The notes beneath the pieces are model-generated. The model saw nothing but the letters and a program-made list of their open reading frames with translations, was not told where the DNA came from and did not search any database. DNA of 64,000 nt from Paragordius varius (taxonomy: Eukaryota; Animalia; Nematomorpha), in NCBI GenBank assembly GCA_964247055.1, contig OZ176050.1:6820001-6884000 (forward strand), written 5' to 3'. Position 1 is the stretch's first letter, and every line of letters begins with the position of its first letter. A program made the translations under genes and the position numbers. Positions 13,455 to 23,687 of the stretch are shown here, one piece after another.

Positions 13455-14948
13455 TTCCGTTTATATAGTCTTCTTACTTGGTAATGTTTTAATATTTTGT
13501 CTAAATAAATGATCAATTTTACAATATAAAATGCTAATACATGGATAGATGATATTTATTGAGTATTACTATTGTAATATTGTAATTATTGGAATTTTTT
13601 TAAAATTAATTACCAGCTAAAGCCATATTAAAATGCAATTAGAATGAGTCTTTAGCAAACAATTTTTAAAGAAAAATCGATAAATCAATTAATGGCTAAA
13701 GGCATAGCTATAATAAACGTTATGTGAAAATATAATTAACTATCAAATTGGTTAAGATCAAATGTAGCATATTATTTAATTTGTACTTTTAACTGGCCTT
13801 GCAAAAAGGTGATGTGTAATCGGGTTAAAAAAATTTCTACAATAATCTGAATATTGAAAAAACTGGTGCCAATGCAAAGATTGTGTTATGAAGCATGTGA
13901 ACAAAATTTTATTTGCGATAGTTGTAAATATCGAAAAAAACATGTTTAAATTTTGTTAGGGAAACTCAATAATGGCATGAGGCTTTGGGTTCTCAGATAT
14001 GCCTTTTACCATTTAGAGGTGGTTTACACCCACATCCTTAATGTCTATTAGCATTGTACCTATTACCACATTGTAAATATTAAAACAAAGATTAAATATA
14101 CTTATGCGATAATACAAAGTTCAAAAAACTGGTGCATATACGAAGGTTTTGGACAAAAATTCGAAATGATATGGCCTAATAGGTGTTTTGAAAACGTGCC
14201 CCAAAGTCAGGTCATTATTACATAATGACGCATTTTACAAAGCCTGAAACCCTACCTAGCGGATTGAGGCGCCTGACGAAAATTTTTGCCTTTATACTAG
14301 GAACACTTAAAACTATTATTGATTTTATGAACAAAAAATGCCTTAAATTCACATTATTTTTTATGGTGGTCATTTTTAAAGAATATAGCGCTGCGGCTAT
14401 CTTTACAAAACCACGAAAATAAACTGATGTGATTGATAAGTATACATTAAAAAATATAATTCTATTAACTTCCGAGAAAATATTTTCCTAAATTTTTTTG
14501 CTTAAAAAAAGTTGTCCCTGCTGAAAACATTTCCAAAAGTAATCAAGATATATTTTTAATAGCCTTTTTTAACTCTTTATCTAGTATATCGATAATTTTT
14601 AAATTGAAAGTTCCAGCAAAGTGGTATCTGTTCTTTTTAATCTTGGGCAGTCTTTGTTGTTTTTCATTCAGAAATAAAAACTATTGAAAAAATCCAGAAA
14701 ATGCAAAACCATTATAATTATTTATTAGGGACTATGATTTATATTTCTGCTACTGGTTATTAAATTTTATTGTCATTTTTATTTTATAAACTGTATTGTT
14801 GTGGATACAATGTGAAAAAAGATTAAGATTTACAATTAAAAAAGCCTTTTTAGCCAATATTATTTCTCTTTTTTGTTATAATATTTTGCAAAAAATTATC
14901 AAAACTATCAATGAATTTTTACTCCACTCTCTCTGCATTTATATTAAA

Positions 14949-15963
14949 CTAGCGTAAATCTCGTGCTGCTATGCAGCCCGAGGAAGTCCTTTGGACTTTT
15001 TTTTTGGGGGGGGGGGCATTTTTGATTTTAAAAGCAATTTTAGTATGCGGCACGAAGTTTTAAAATGATTCACATAGTCTCATATTCTGATATTTGGCTC
15101 CAAAGGCAAGTTGTATCGATATGATGGCGCAGTTGTAGGCGGGTAGCCCCCTACCCAGAGGCCAATATAAAAATATGGTTAGATAAAAAAATTTGCCTTT
15201 ACCTGGAATAATCGTTCATTCCTAATAGTTTATGGAAGTATGGCTTCATAACTAAATAATAGTTCAATGATAGCGCATTTTTAGGGAGAGGGCCTATTTA
15301 ACGGCTAATTCAAAAAATCCGCTCGACTAAAATTTTTGACTTTTTACGGGTAATACTTTAAGCAACTATTGTACTCATACGGCCTGATAGGTTTTCTTAA
15401 ATTTAGCCCCAAAAGCACGCTATTTCAATATGACAGGTCAGTTTTTTGCGAGTAGCTCTTACTCAGCAGCTATCATCAAAGAAACGCTTGACTAAATTTT
15501 TTGACTTTAATCAGGGAATACGTGGAATCCATATTGAATTTTTACGGTCTCATACCTAGGGCGAAAAATAGATTTAAAAATTATATTTGTGGACTTTGTT
15601 TTTTGAAAAAATGGCATTTTACGGGGCGAGCGGGTAAAAAGAGGGCCTAAATTAAAAAAGCGAGACGACTATGTTCGGCGCAATCGAAAATAAGTAAACA
15701 AAAATCATATTAGAAATTGAATGATCCAACACGTTCTCCAGAAAATTGTCTCAAAGACACGATTTTTGTGGACTTCTGTTTTTAAAAAAAACCGTTTTTC
15801 ATACGGGGTGGGCCCGAACTGGAGGCCTATTTCAAAAAAAGGGCGAAGCTATTGCGGGGCATTCATTAATGATTATATTTTTTCGATGTTTGGATTTGAA
15901 TGGGTCTACCGCTTTTCCGGTACCAGATCACAAAGCCAGCATTTTCCATTTTTATAAATTAGA
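14949..15963 (-). mobile_element. Non-autonomous Helitron, about 1.0 kb, same 5' end as 9715 but a different 3' hairpin
   Basis: Minus-strand 5' TCTAATTTATAAAAATGGAAAATGCTGGC; 3' CTCGGGCTGCATAGCAGCACGAG...CTAG|T. Confidence 0.82.
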
Positions 15964-16158
15964 TGATAAAAATTTTAAAGGTTTTATTAACAATCGTATA
16001 ATCCTATATATATATATGCCGGAAAAGATGCTTTATAAAATTTTACGGAAAGCAAAAACGTATTGGTCAAAATGTTTTATAAAGACATTAGTTAATATAT
16101 TCGTAATCTATTGTCAGATACTAGTATAATTGCAGGTACAAGAGAATCTTTTATATTA

Positions 16159-16636
16159 TACCATTTGTACTTCTAGAGTGTCCTTGAACACTTAAAGTTG
16201 GTCCTTTAACTTTTTTGATTTGTTATTGGCTTTTATCAAACAAATCGTTTAACATTAATATATTTTATTATTTATAACCTATTCTCTTGATATTACCAAA
16301 TTTTTTAATCACTTTTGATCATTCAGAAACTATATATCGTTATTTAGTTTTAAAATTTCAATAAGATTTCAACATAATAGTTAGAAACAAATTGGGCTTT
16401 TAATCACATTAATTTTAATTGAAAAAATATCTTATAAATCTTGAAAATTAGGTTAAAAATTAATAAAATAAATAAATCCATGCAAAATTTATGGTCAAAT
16501 TCAAACTTATATATTTAAGGACCAACTTGAGAAATTTTGAAGGACCAATTTGAAGTGTTCAAGGACCAACTCGAAGTGTTCAATTGAAATATTCAAGGAT
16601 CAAATTGAGGTGTTCAGGACCTCTTGACAAATGGTA
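16159..16636. mobile_element. MITE with TACCATTT...AAATGGTA termini and inverted ~21-bp subterminal repeats (GGACCAACTTGAAGTGTTCAA-like)
   Basis: The inverted termini are visible; a close relative lies at 41705-42297. Confidence 0.65.
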
Positions 16637-16670
16637 TATAATGTTCATGCTCTATGAACGCACTATTGTT

Positions 16671-17898
16671 ACACTGTGTGCAAAGAGAGTCATTTTGATT
16701 TAACGAAAAATTCTTTTTTTCATGTTTATGACCAGCATATTCATTTGCCGCAAATTTTTTTATTTGTTGACAACCTAGTTTTTGAAATATTGAGAGAAAA
16801 TCGAAATCGGGCAAAAAGTGAAAATTAAGGATAATTATGGATAATTTAAAAAATAATGATAAAATCTAAAATATTATCGTTTATTATTATTTTAGGTTTC
16901 AATATATAAATAGCCTAAAATCATATAATTAGGGTTTCTTTAAAATATTAAGTCATAAGATGGCGTTTTTATTTTATTACACTTAAAAGACAAAAAAAAA
17001 TTTAGTGAAACTATATTAAAATAATTTTTTTTAATTATTTACTACCTGGACTCACTATTAAAATCTTAACATTCATATTTTATTCAGGAAAATAAACTTC
17101 TATATCAAAATAAAATCAAAAATATTGTTTTTTATTTTTGCATTTTGTCATCTGGTTTATGAGTGTATAAAAAATTCTGTTTTATTTTGGATTCTTACAT
17201 GATTAGGCATTATTAAGTATATAATTTATGCAAAATAGGATTTAAAAGTAGTGTAATATCAACCAACAATCCGTACAAATCCCAATTAATTTGTCATAAA
17301 ACAGACTTGTTACAGAAAATTCTAAGGATTGTTGGTTGATATTCCACTGCATAAATTATATACTTAATAATGCCTAATCATGTAAGAATCCAAAATAAAA
17401 CAGTATAAATTTTTTATACACTCATAAACCAGATAACAAAAAAATGCAAAAATAAAAAACAATATTTTTGATTTTATTTTGATATAGAAGTTTATTTTCC
17501 TGAATAAAATATGAATGTTAAGATTTTAATAGTGGTGTGGGTAATAAATAATTAAAAAAAATTATTTTAATATAGTTTCATTAAATATTTTTGCCTTATA
17601 CGTGTAATAAAAGAAAAACGCCATCTTTTGACCTGAAAATTTTAAAGAACTCTAATTATATGATTTTAGGCTATTTATATATTGAAAATATCTCCTAAAA
17701 TATTAATAAACGATAATATTTCAGATTTTATCATTATTTTTTGAATTATTCTTAATTTTCACTTTTTGCCAGATTTCGATTTTCTCTCAATATTTGAACT
17801 AGGTTGTCCACAAATAAAAAATGCGGCAAATGAATACGCTGGTCATAAGCTATCTCATGAAAAAAAATTTTTTTTAAAATTTTTTTTGCACACAGTGT
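16671..17898. mobile_element. Foldback element: ~600-bp inverted arms around a ~50-bp centre
   Basis: ACACTGTGTGCAAA...TTTGCACACAGTGT termini. The arms can be paired by eye along their length, to the centre at about 17275-17325. Confidence 0.8.
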
Positions 17899-18153
17899 TA
17901 TAGATATTTATAATCTATTATTAAATTTATAAACTGATAGTTTTAGTTTATGCGTTATCACTTTTATATAATTGCAGATCCTCGACAAAATAAAAAAATA
18001 TTATTTTATTTTGGTATATAAAATCACCCCAAGTAAATTAGGACAAAAAAATGAAAAGGTAATGAAATTATTTCATCTGTAAAATTATAACTAACTGTGG
18101 TTTATGGTTAGGAGTATTTTTATGCAATAAATTTCTTTAGAACGAATAAAAAG

Positions 18154-18226
18154 TGTTTCTGCCCGGGATCGAACCGGGGACCTTGTGCGTGTGAAGCACA
18201 CGTGATAACCACTACACTACAGAAAC
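18154..18226 (-). tRNA. tRNA-Val (anticodon CAC)
   Basis: GTTTCTGTAGTGTAGTGGTTATCACGTGTGCTTCACACGCACAAGGTCCCCGGTTCGATCCCGGGCAGAAACA: 73 nt, full cloverleaf, anticodon stem TGTGC/GCACA, GTTCGA T-loop, followed by a T-run terminator. Confidence 0.96.
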
Positions 18227-18265
18227 ATCAGTTTAACGTTCTAAAAAAACTTTTTATATACTACA

Positions 18266-18978
18266 ATGGATTTTAATTGCAAAGATGCTTTTGACCTAAT
18301 TAAAGATTTGGAGAGTGATGAGCTTAAGCCCTTTGATGTAATTAACTATTAATATTTTAGGAAGAAAAAATTAAAAAAATATATGATCAAATGATGGTTT
18401 TGTACAGAGCGAATCAGATTGATGCGTATATATTTATTTAATTTTTGTGAAACTTCGATTAATGAAATAGCGCACTACACAACGATATTAGCAAGACATT
18501 CTGCCTTAGAAAGAAATAAACGATGTTTATTAAATTATATGTATATTTGTCCGTAATTTAAAGTTATTTTCGGCTTCAAAAAATTCAGCATGCCCGCTGG
18601 GATTATGGATTTGTTTTGCCTAATATAATTCTCCAAAATATGAGTGATACCGAAGTTATTATGCATATAAATCCAGGTAAATTGGTATAAAAGTTACAAT
18701 CAACTCATAAACACGCTTTTATCAGATTCGGGATTTACCGAACTTGGATCCGATATGATTTTTTCGAAAATACCCCCTAAATCGTCACTAATAAAAGTTT
18801 TCTTTATTACAACCGATAGGTTCGCTGCCTTAAAGATTTCGATTATGAAAAAGATGATGGAGAAATTATTAGTTTCAAAACTCATTCTCAAGTTTTTATA
18901 AATTTATTTTAGCATTTCCTACCTCGATCAATTTGTCAACAATTTATCAACCAAGGATTTTTACAACACATATATTAA
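18266..18978 (+). CDS. GINS1: DNA replication GINS complex subunit PSF1, 192 aa; exons 18266-18337, 18361-18425, 18448-18540, 18564-18654, 18677-18796, 18820-18891, 18913-18978
   Basis: The spliced product MDFNCKDAFDLIKDLESDELKPFD|EEKIKKIYDQMMVLYRANQIDA|ETSINEIAHYTTILARHSALERNKRCLLNYI|YFRLQKIQHARWDYGFVLPNIILQNMSDTE|VNWYKSYNQLINTLLSDSGFTELGSDMIFSKIPPKSSLIK|VRCLKDFDYEKDDGEIISFKTHSQ|HFLPRSICQQFINQGFLQHIY* carries the PSF1 motifs RNKRC, RWxYG, PPKS, VRCLKD and SQHFLPR. It needs six introns of 23, 22, 23, 22, 23 and 21 nt. Confidence 0.95.
18338..18360 (+). other. 23-nt intron (GINS1 intron 1), GTAATTAACTATTAATATTTTAG
   Basis: GT-AG, phase 0; retention gives an in-frame TAA. Confidence 0.92.
18426..18447 (+). 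other. 22-nt intron with non-canonical GT..TG ends (GINS1 intron 2), GTATATATTTATTTAATTTTTG
   Basis: This is the only boundary that keeps the TILARH helix in frame. The AG at 18469-18470 shifts the frame. It may be a one-base assembly error. Confidence 0.65.
18541..18563 (+). other. 23-nt intron (GINS1 intron 3), GTATATTTGTCCGTAATTTAAAG
   Basis: GT-AG, phase 2; joins RCLLNY to YFRLQKI in frame. Confidence 0.92.
18655..18676 (+). other. 22-nt intron (GINS1 intron 4), GTTATTATGCATATAAATCCAG
   Basis: GT-AG, phase 0; joins MSDTE to VNWYKSY. Confidence 0.9.
18797..18819 (+). other. 23-nt intron (GINS1 intron 5), GTTTTCTTTATTACAACCGATAG
   Basis: GT-AG, phase 0; joins PPKSSLIK to VRCLKD. Confidence 0.92.
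18892..18912 (+). other. 21-nt intron (GINS1 intron 6), GTTTTTATAAATTTATTTTAG
   Basis: GT-AG, phase 0; joins HSQ to HFLPR. The length is 3n, but the terminal TAG is an in-frame stop if retained. Confidence 0.92.
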
Positions 18979-19472
18979 AAATAATTTATTATGTTTATAA
19001 TTATAAAAGAGGAAAATAATAAAAATAAATTTAAGTTTTGATTTGATGCATTATTACAATTATCATGTTCATCACAAATACAATAGTAAATATGGCGTTT
19101 TGAAATTGATTGCGTTATAAACGGGTCTCCTGGTCTTATTAATTTTTGCGTCGCATTTTTGCATCCCCTATAGGGATTTGTAGGAAAAATATCTTTATAA
19201 GCCAATTTCACTGTTTGAAGACATCCTCTATGATATGTAATTTGAGCTAAAAAATTAGAAAAATATAAACCATTTTCGGCATCAATAACTTTTACACATT
19301 GATCATTTTCTTCGCATTTTTGTGAAGGACAAAGTTCCCATTTAAAATTATGCCCTGAACCAGGATACGGTGATGAACACGTATAGCATGATATTTGTAG
19401 TGAACAATTAACTTTCGTATAGAAAAATAGAGTACACCAAATGCACCACCTCAGAAAATTTGAATTTGACAT
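18975..19472 (-). CDS. Secreted or GPI-anchored Ly6/uPAR (three-finger, quiver-like) protein; probable 24-nt intron at 19247-19270
   Basis: N-terminal hydrophobic signal, CYTC start, spaced cysteines (CP..KC...QCVK, RGC, CIC...CN) and a hydrophobic C-terminal tail after NAS. Confidence 0.8.
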   Translation of the reverse strand: MSNSNFLRWCIWCTLFFYTKVNCSLQISCYTCSSPYPGSGHNFKWELCPSQKCEENDQCVKVIDAENGLYFSNFLAQITYHRGCLQTVKLAYKDIFPTNPYRGCKNATQKLIRPGDPFITQSISKRHIYYCICDEHDNCNNASNQNLNLFLLFSSFIIINIINYF

Positions 19473-20581
19473 TTTTGTATGTATGAAAATAACACCATTT
19501 TTTAAATCTACCAGTATGTTTAAAATCTGGATGTTTAAAAATATATTTTGTCAAAATATATAATCTGATAGGTAAATGTTGTTTGAAATCGAGAGAGCTT
19601 ATGGTTTTGGGCCTTACACAGTTTTAAAAAATTTATTATTTTTAGTAACTGCCCTATATTAAAAAATCGCAAAATTTACTCACAATATGATAAATGTATT
19701 ATTGGGAAACCTAAAAGCATGTCAAAAATACCCTTAAACCTTTGTTACTTTTTGGGGTAGTATTGTAGGCAAGAGCTTTAATTCCATTTAACACCCCAGA
19801 TAATATTTAAGTTAATATTTTTGAAAATGGGCCCGATTTAAAAAAAACTTCTTTAATCATTATTAGCATGATTCAATTTTCTTTTATTTGTGTAAAACTT
19901 CAAAATTTTTCACCGCAATATTTAGTTTTATATTAACACTTGGTTACAACAAATTCTTCAGTCCTTCGATATAAATTGGAGTAGGTAGATACTCCGGGCT
20001 TGTTTAAAATTAAATATGGAATCAATTGAAACCATGGCTAAATTTTCGCATAACATTGAAAACACTAATATAAGAAATATTCATTAAAAAATACTTGATA
20101 TCACTTATTCAGACGTCAAACCCAAAGATAATAATTTAGCCAACATGACATGTGTGCCTAATACAAAAATAATGCAAAATTTACCACTTTTACTGTTTAA
20201 TTTTAAATGTGATTTTAATAAAAAATAAACATATTTTAGGCTTAGAATAAAAACACGGCAAATATGTAGGAAAACAAAAATGGCGCCGAAGTAGTTTAAT
20301 ACAGAAGTTTTTATCAATAGATTTTATTTAGATATTTTGGCTAATTAATATATTTTTTATTAGGATAGAAGCATAATTTAAATGAAAACCGTTTCTTTCA
20401 GGATTTTTTTAAAAATATCAACATAAATATTTTCTGGGGTATTTGGATACGCCAATTTGAATTAAAGTATTAAGGATTCCTTACTTATTTTCGATCATTG
20501 TATTTGGGGGTATTAGAATTGATAAGCTGCTGTGTTGAAGGTTGAAGATATAATTAACTATATTTCTTTTCATTGTATATA

Positions 20582-21700
20582 CACAGTGTCCAAATCGAGG
20601 GTCATGAAAAATATCTTGATGTATTAAATATGTTTTGATAAAAAAAAATCAGGAATTGATGGTCCTTTTGGTTTTGGGCTACAAGTGTTTTAAGAAAGTT
20701 ATCAAAACTTTTGCGTCGTGTCTATATCAGAAAATAGCGAAGTTTGCGCACAATTTTTATTAAAATTTTTTTGGTGAAAGCTAAATGCTTCAATCCAAAA
20801 AACCTATAAAAAGCAAATTTTTTAAAAAAAAATTTGATGTGGGCTCCGAAAGTCCCAATTTTTTTCGCTCTTAAAAATGGCCTAGATTTCTAAAATAAAA
20901 CGCAAAACTGCAGAGCTTGCGCGATAAAAATTTTATATATATGCTAAATTTTGATATCGACTAAAAATATTAGAGAAATTCATACTTCAAAAATTTATTT
21001 TTTATTTGAAGCATACTATATACTATTTTGAAGCATTATGGAAGAGGTATAAAATCGCTTTAAGACATTATTGAAACACTTTATATAATTTGAGGACGCT
21101 AAACCTTTCACCTCAGAATTTCAATTGAAACATTCGTTTGACTTTAAGATTATGTGAAATCAAATTTGGGTTTTTTATCCAAAAATGCACCAAAATTTTA
21201 AAGCAAACGAATTATTGATCTGTGAAAATTGTTTTTATGATGTCTTAAAACGTTTTTATACCGTTTCCATAATGCCTCAAAATAGTAAAAATTACGTAAT
21301 AAAACAAAAATTAAATTTTTGAAAAAAAGTAAATATTTTTGAAAAAATATTTTTTGTTTATTTAAAATTTTTATCGCGCAATCTCTGCATTTTTGTGCTT
21401 TAAGGAAAACTAGTTCTTTTAGAAGGCGAAAAAATTGGGACTTTCGGAGCCCACATCAAAAAAAATTATTTTTTAAAATATGTTTTGGTTTCTATAGGTA
21501 GCTTATGATAAATTTTAGTGATATATTTTGGAAAGAAGCATTAAGCTTTTGTCCAAAAAGATTATCACAAAAATATGCCAAAATTTGACCATTTTCTGAT
21601 ATGGGGCGCCTGCCACAAAAGTGTAAATAACTTTCTTAAAACACTTAGAAGCCCACAACCAAAAGCACCAAGAGATTCCAGATACATTTTTCTATCGATA
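20582..21700. mobile_element. Diverged foldback/MITE with long inverted arms
   Basis: For example, GATGTGGGCTCCGAAAGTCCCAATTTT (~20835) pairs with AAAATTGGGACTTTCGGAGCCCACATC (~21430). Related fragments lie near 6650-6900 and 11850-12015. Confidence 0.65.
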
Positions 21701-23687
21701 ATATATATATATATATATATATTTCTTTTATTTTTTGTGTACAATTTATAGATAAAGTCGTGTCGATTTATCGCTTTTTCGTAGGAAAATGTTTGCTCTG
21801 TTGCGAAGGATATAAGATATCTTAATAAAAAGTTTGAGACCTGAGTTTCTGCCCAGCGCTACAAAGGCTTAGCTTTCCTTTTTATTCCACATTACCTATC
21901 ATTATACGATATTCTAAATTTTGACCATAAGGGTGACTCCAAAATATAATTTTCGACGTTGTATAAAAAAGCTTTTTGGCAGTTTTCCAGAGTCAAAAAT
22001 TGCGATGGGTCTAAAACTAAATTTAAAAATTTTTTTATCTGACGTTTTTAACAAAATCAATAATGCGCCTAAAAGAGGAAAGAATGCATATTTTGGAAAT
22101 TGGCCCAACATTTTAGACATTTTTAAAAATGAATTTAAAATCGGTTTGGGGTAAAATTACCCCAGTAATGAAGTGATAAATAGTTGATAAAATATGCAAA
22201 ATTACGCAGGGGGCTATAAAAACTATTTGATGTATCTATATACATTCAGGATTCCATTGTGCTTTTGATTCGGGCCTAAGTCATCAACGAAAATATTTAC
22301 ACTCTTGTTGTAATTGTCTTATATTGAAAATCGTAAATAACAAAATTTAAATATTCATTTCGAAAAACATTAAAATACATAGTAACCAATATTTAAAAGG
22401 CAAAATAATATTTTTATTATTTTGTTAAATGTGAGCCTCAGAAGTCCTAATTGGCCCCTAAATGTGTCAGTTTTCTTAAAACAAAGCAAAAATGCCCAGA
22501 TTACGCGATAAAAATATTTAATATAAAATTTATTAAAATATAATAAAAAAATTATGAGAAATCGCATAGAAAAATTAAATTTTTAAATTTTAAAGCATAT
22601 TTATGTTATTTGAATAATAGTAGAAACAATGTTAAAACGCTTTAAAATATTTTTATAACACTTTTACTATAAAATCCAATGACACTAAACAATATTCATA
22701 GAATTTACTAAAACATTTGTTTTTTTTAATTAAGTATATGCTTAGCAGGCCTGATGTTGATATTCGATAATTATATTTTAACCGAAATATCCTTTACTAA
22801 GAATCCAATTACAAGTTATTTCTGGGATAAAAAAACTCGAAAAATACACCATTTATTAAAAGGGAATGAAGTAAGTGGTAAAGGCTCTCACAATCTGTTT
22901 TCATATCGATAAAATATATTAGCCATTGTGCAAATAATCATCACCAATGCTTTAGCCGAAGTTCATCAAATATAATCTCGTATATAACAAAATTAAAATT
23001 TGGTCGATAAAAAATAGCCAATATATATGTATTATATATAAGCTTAATACGGATAAAATATATTTTCATTATAAAATAGGATAAGAAATGTACCTTAAAA
23101 CGGCCAAATTTCAAGTTTTCCTTATTTTAGCGTACTTACTCAGTTATAGTTAAAATAATTTTTTTCACCATGCAAAAGTAATTTGATTATACTTAAACCA
23201 TCTGACTTTATATTAAAATAACCAATTTTAAATCACCATAATATGTTTAAATTAAACATACTGGCCTAAAAAAATACGCTATAAAATTAGAGACTAATTA
23301 AATTTTAAAACATAATATAATTTTACTTGAAAATTATCAAAAAAAAATAAATTTTAAGAAAAATTTCTACAATAATCAAGATCCGAAAAATTCTTATTTC
23401 TAAAATAATTCTTGGTTTTTTAAGATCAAGAACAGGTATTATTAACCTCAAACAATTTTATTTTAAACATCATATTATAAATAAAAATGCAACTATTTAT
23501 GCTGTAATCTCACTTAAACTGATACAACAAATATATCATCTAATATTAATATACAACCATTTTACGTGGACTTTGCTACATATTTTACGCATAATTGTTT
23601 GCTATGGAAAGGTAAAGTGCCCTGTACAATATAGTAAGTGTTTTTTTAATAGAAAGTAAAGGTAAAACTTATTTTTAATTTTTTTAA

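Noticed and set aside
12722-13516. 264-aa minus-strand ORF
   Set aside because: It is the antisense shadow of the low-complexity Pro/Lys-rich BTB coding region and has no independent motif.
13860-13940. Cys-rich fragment (WCQCKDC...EACEQNFICDSC) resembling a PHD-type transposase tail
   Set aside because: Too short and frame-broken to call.
18426-18470. Canonical 45-nt GT-AG reading of GINS1 intron 2
   Set aside because: It shifts the frame and hits a stop, losing RNKRC.
18700-18891. 63-aa minus-strand ORF
   Set aside because: It is antisense to GINS1 exons 5-6.
18266-18978. Stop-codon reassignment (ciliate-like code) as an explanation for the interruptions
   Set aside because: Most inserts are not multiples of three, so they shift the frame, and TAA, TAG and TGA end genes at conserved C-termini elsewhere in the window.
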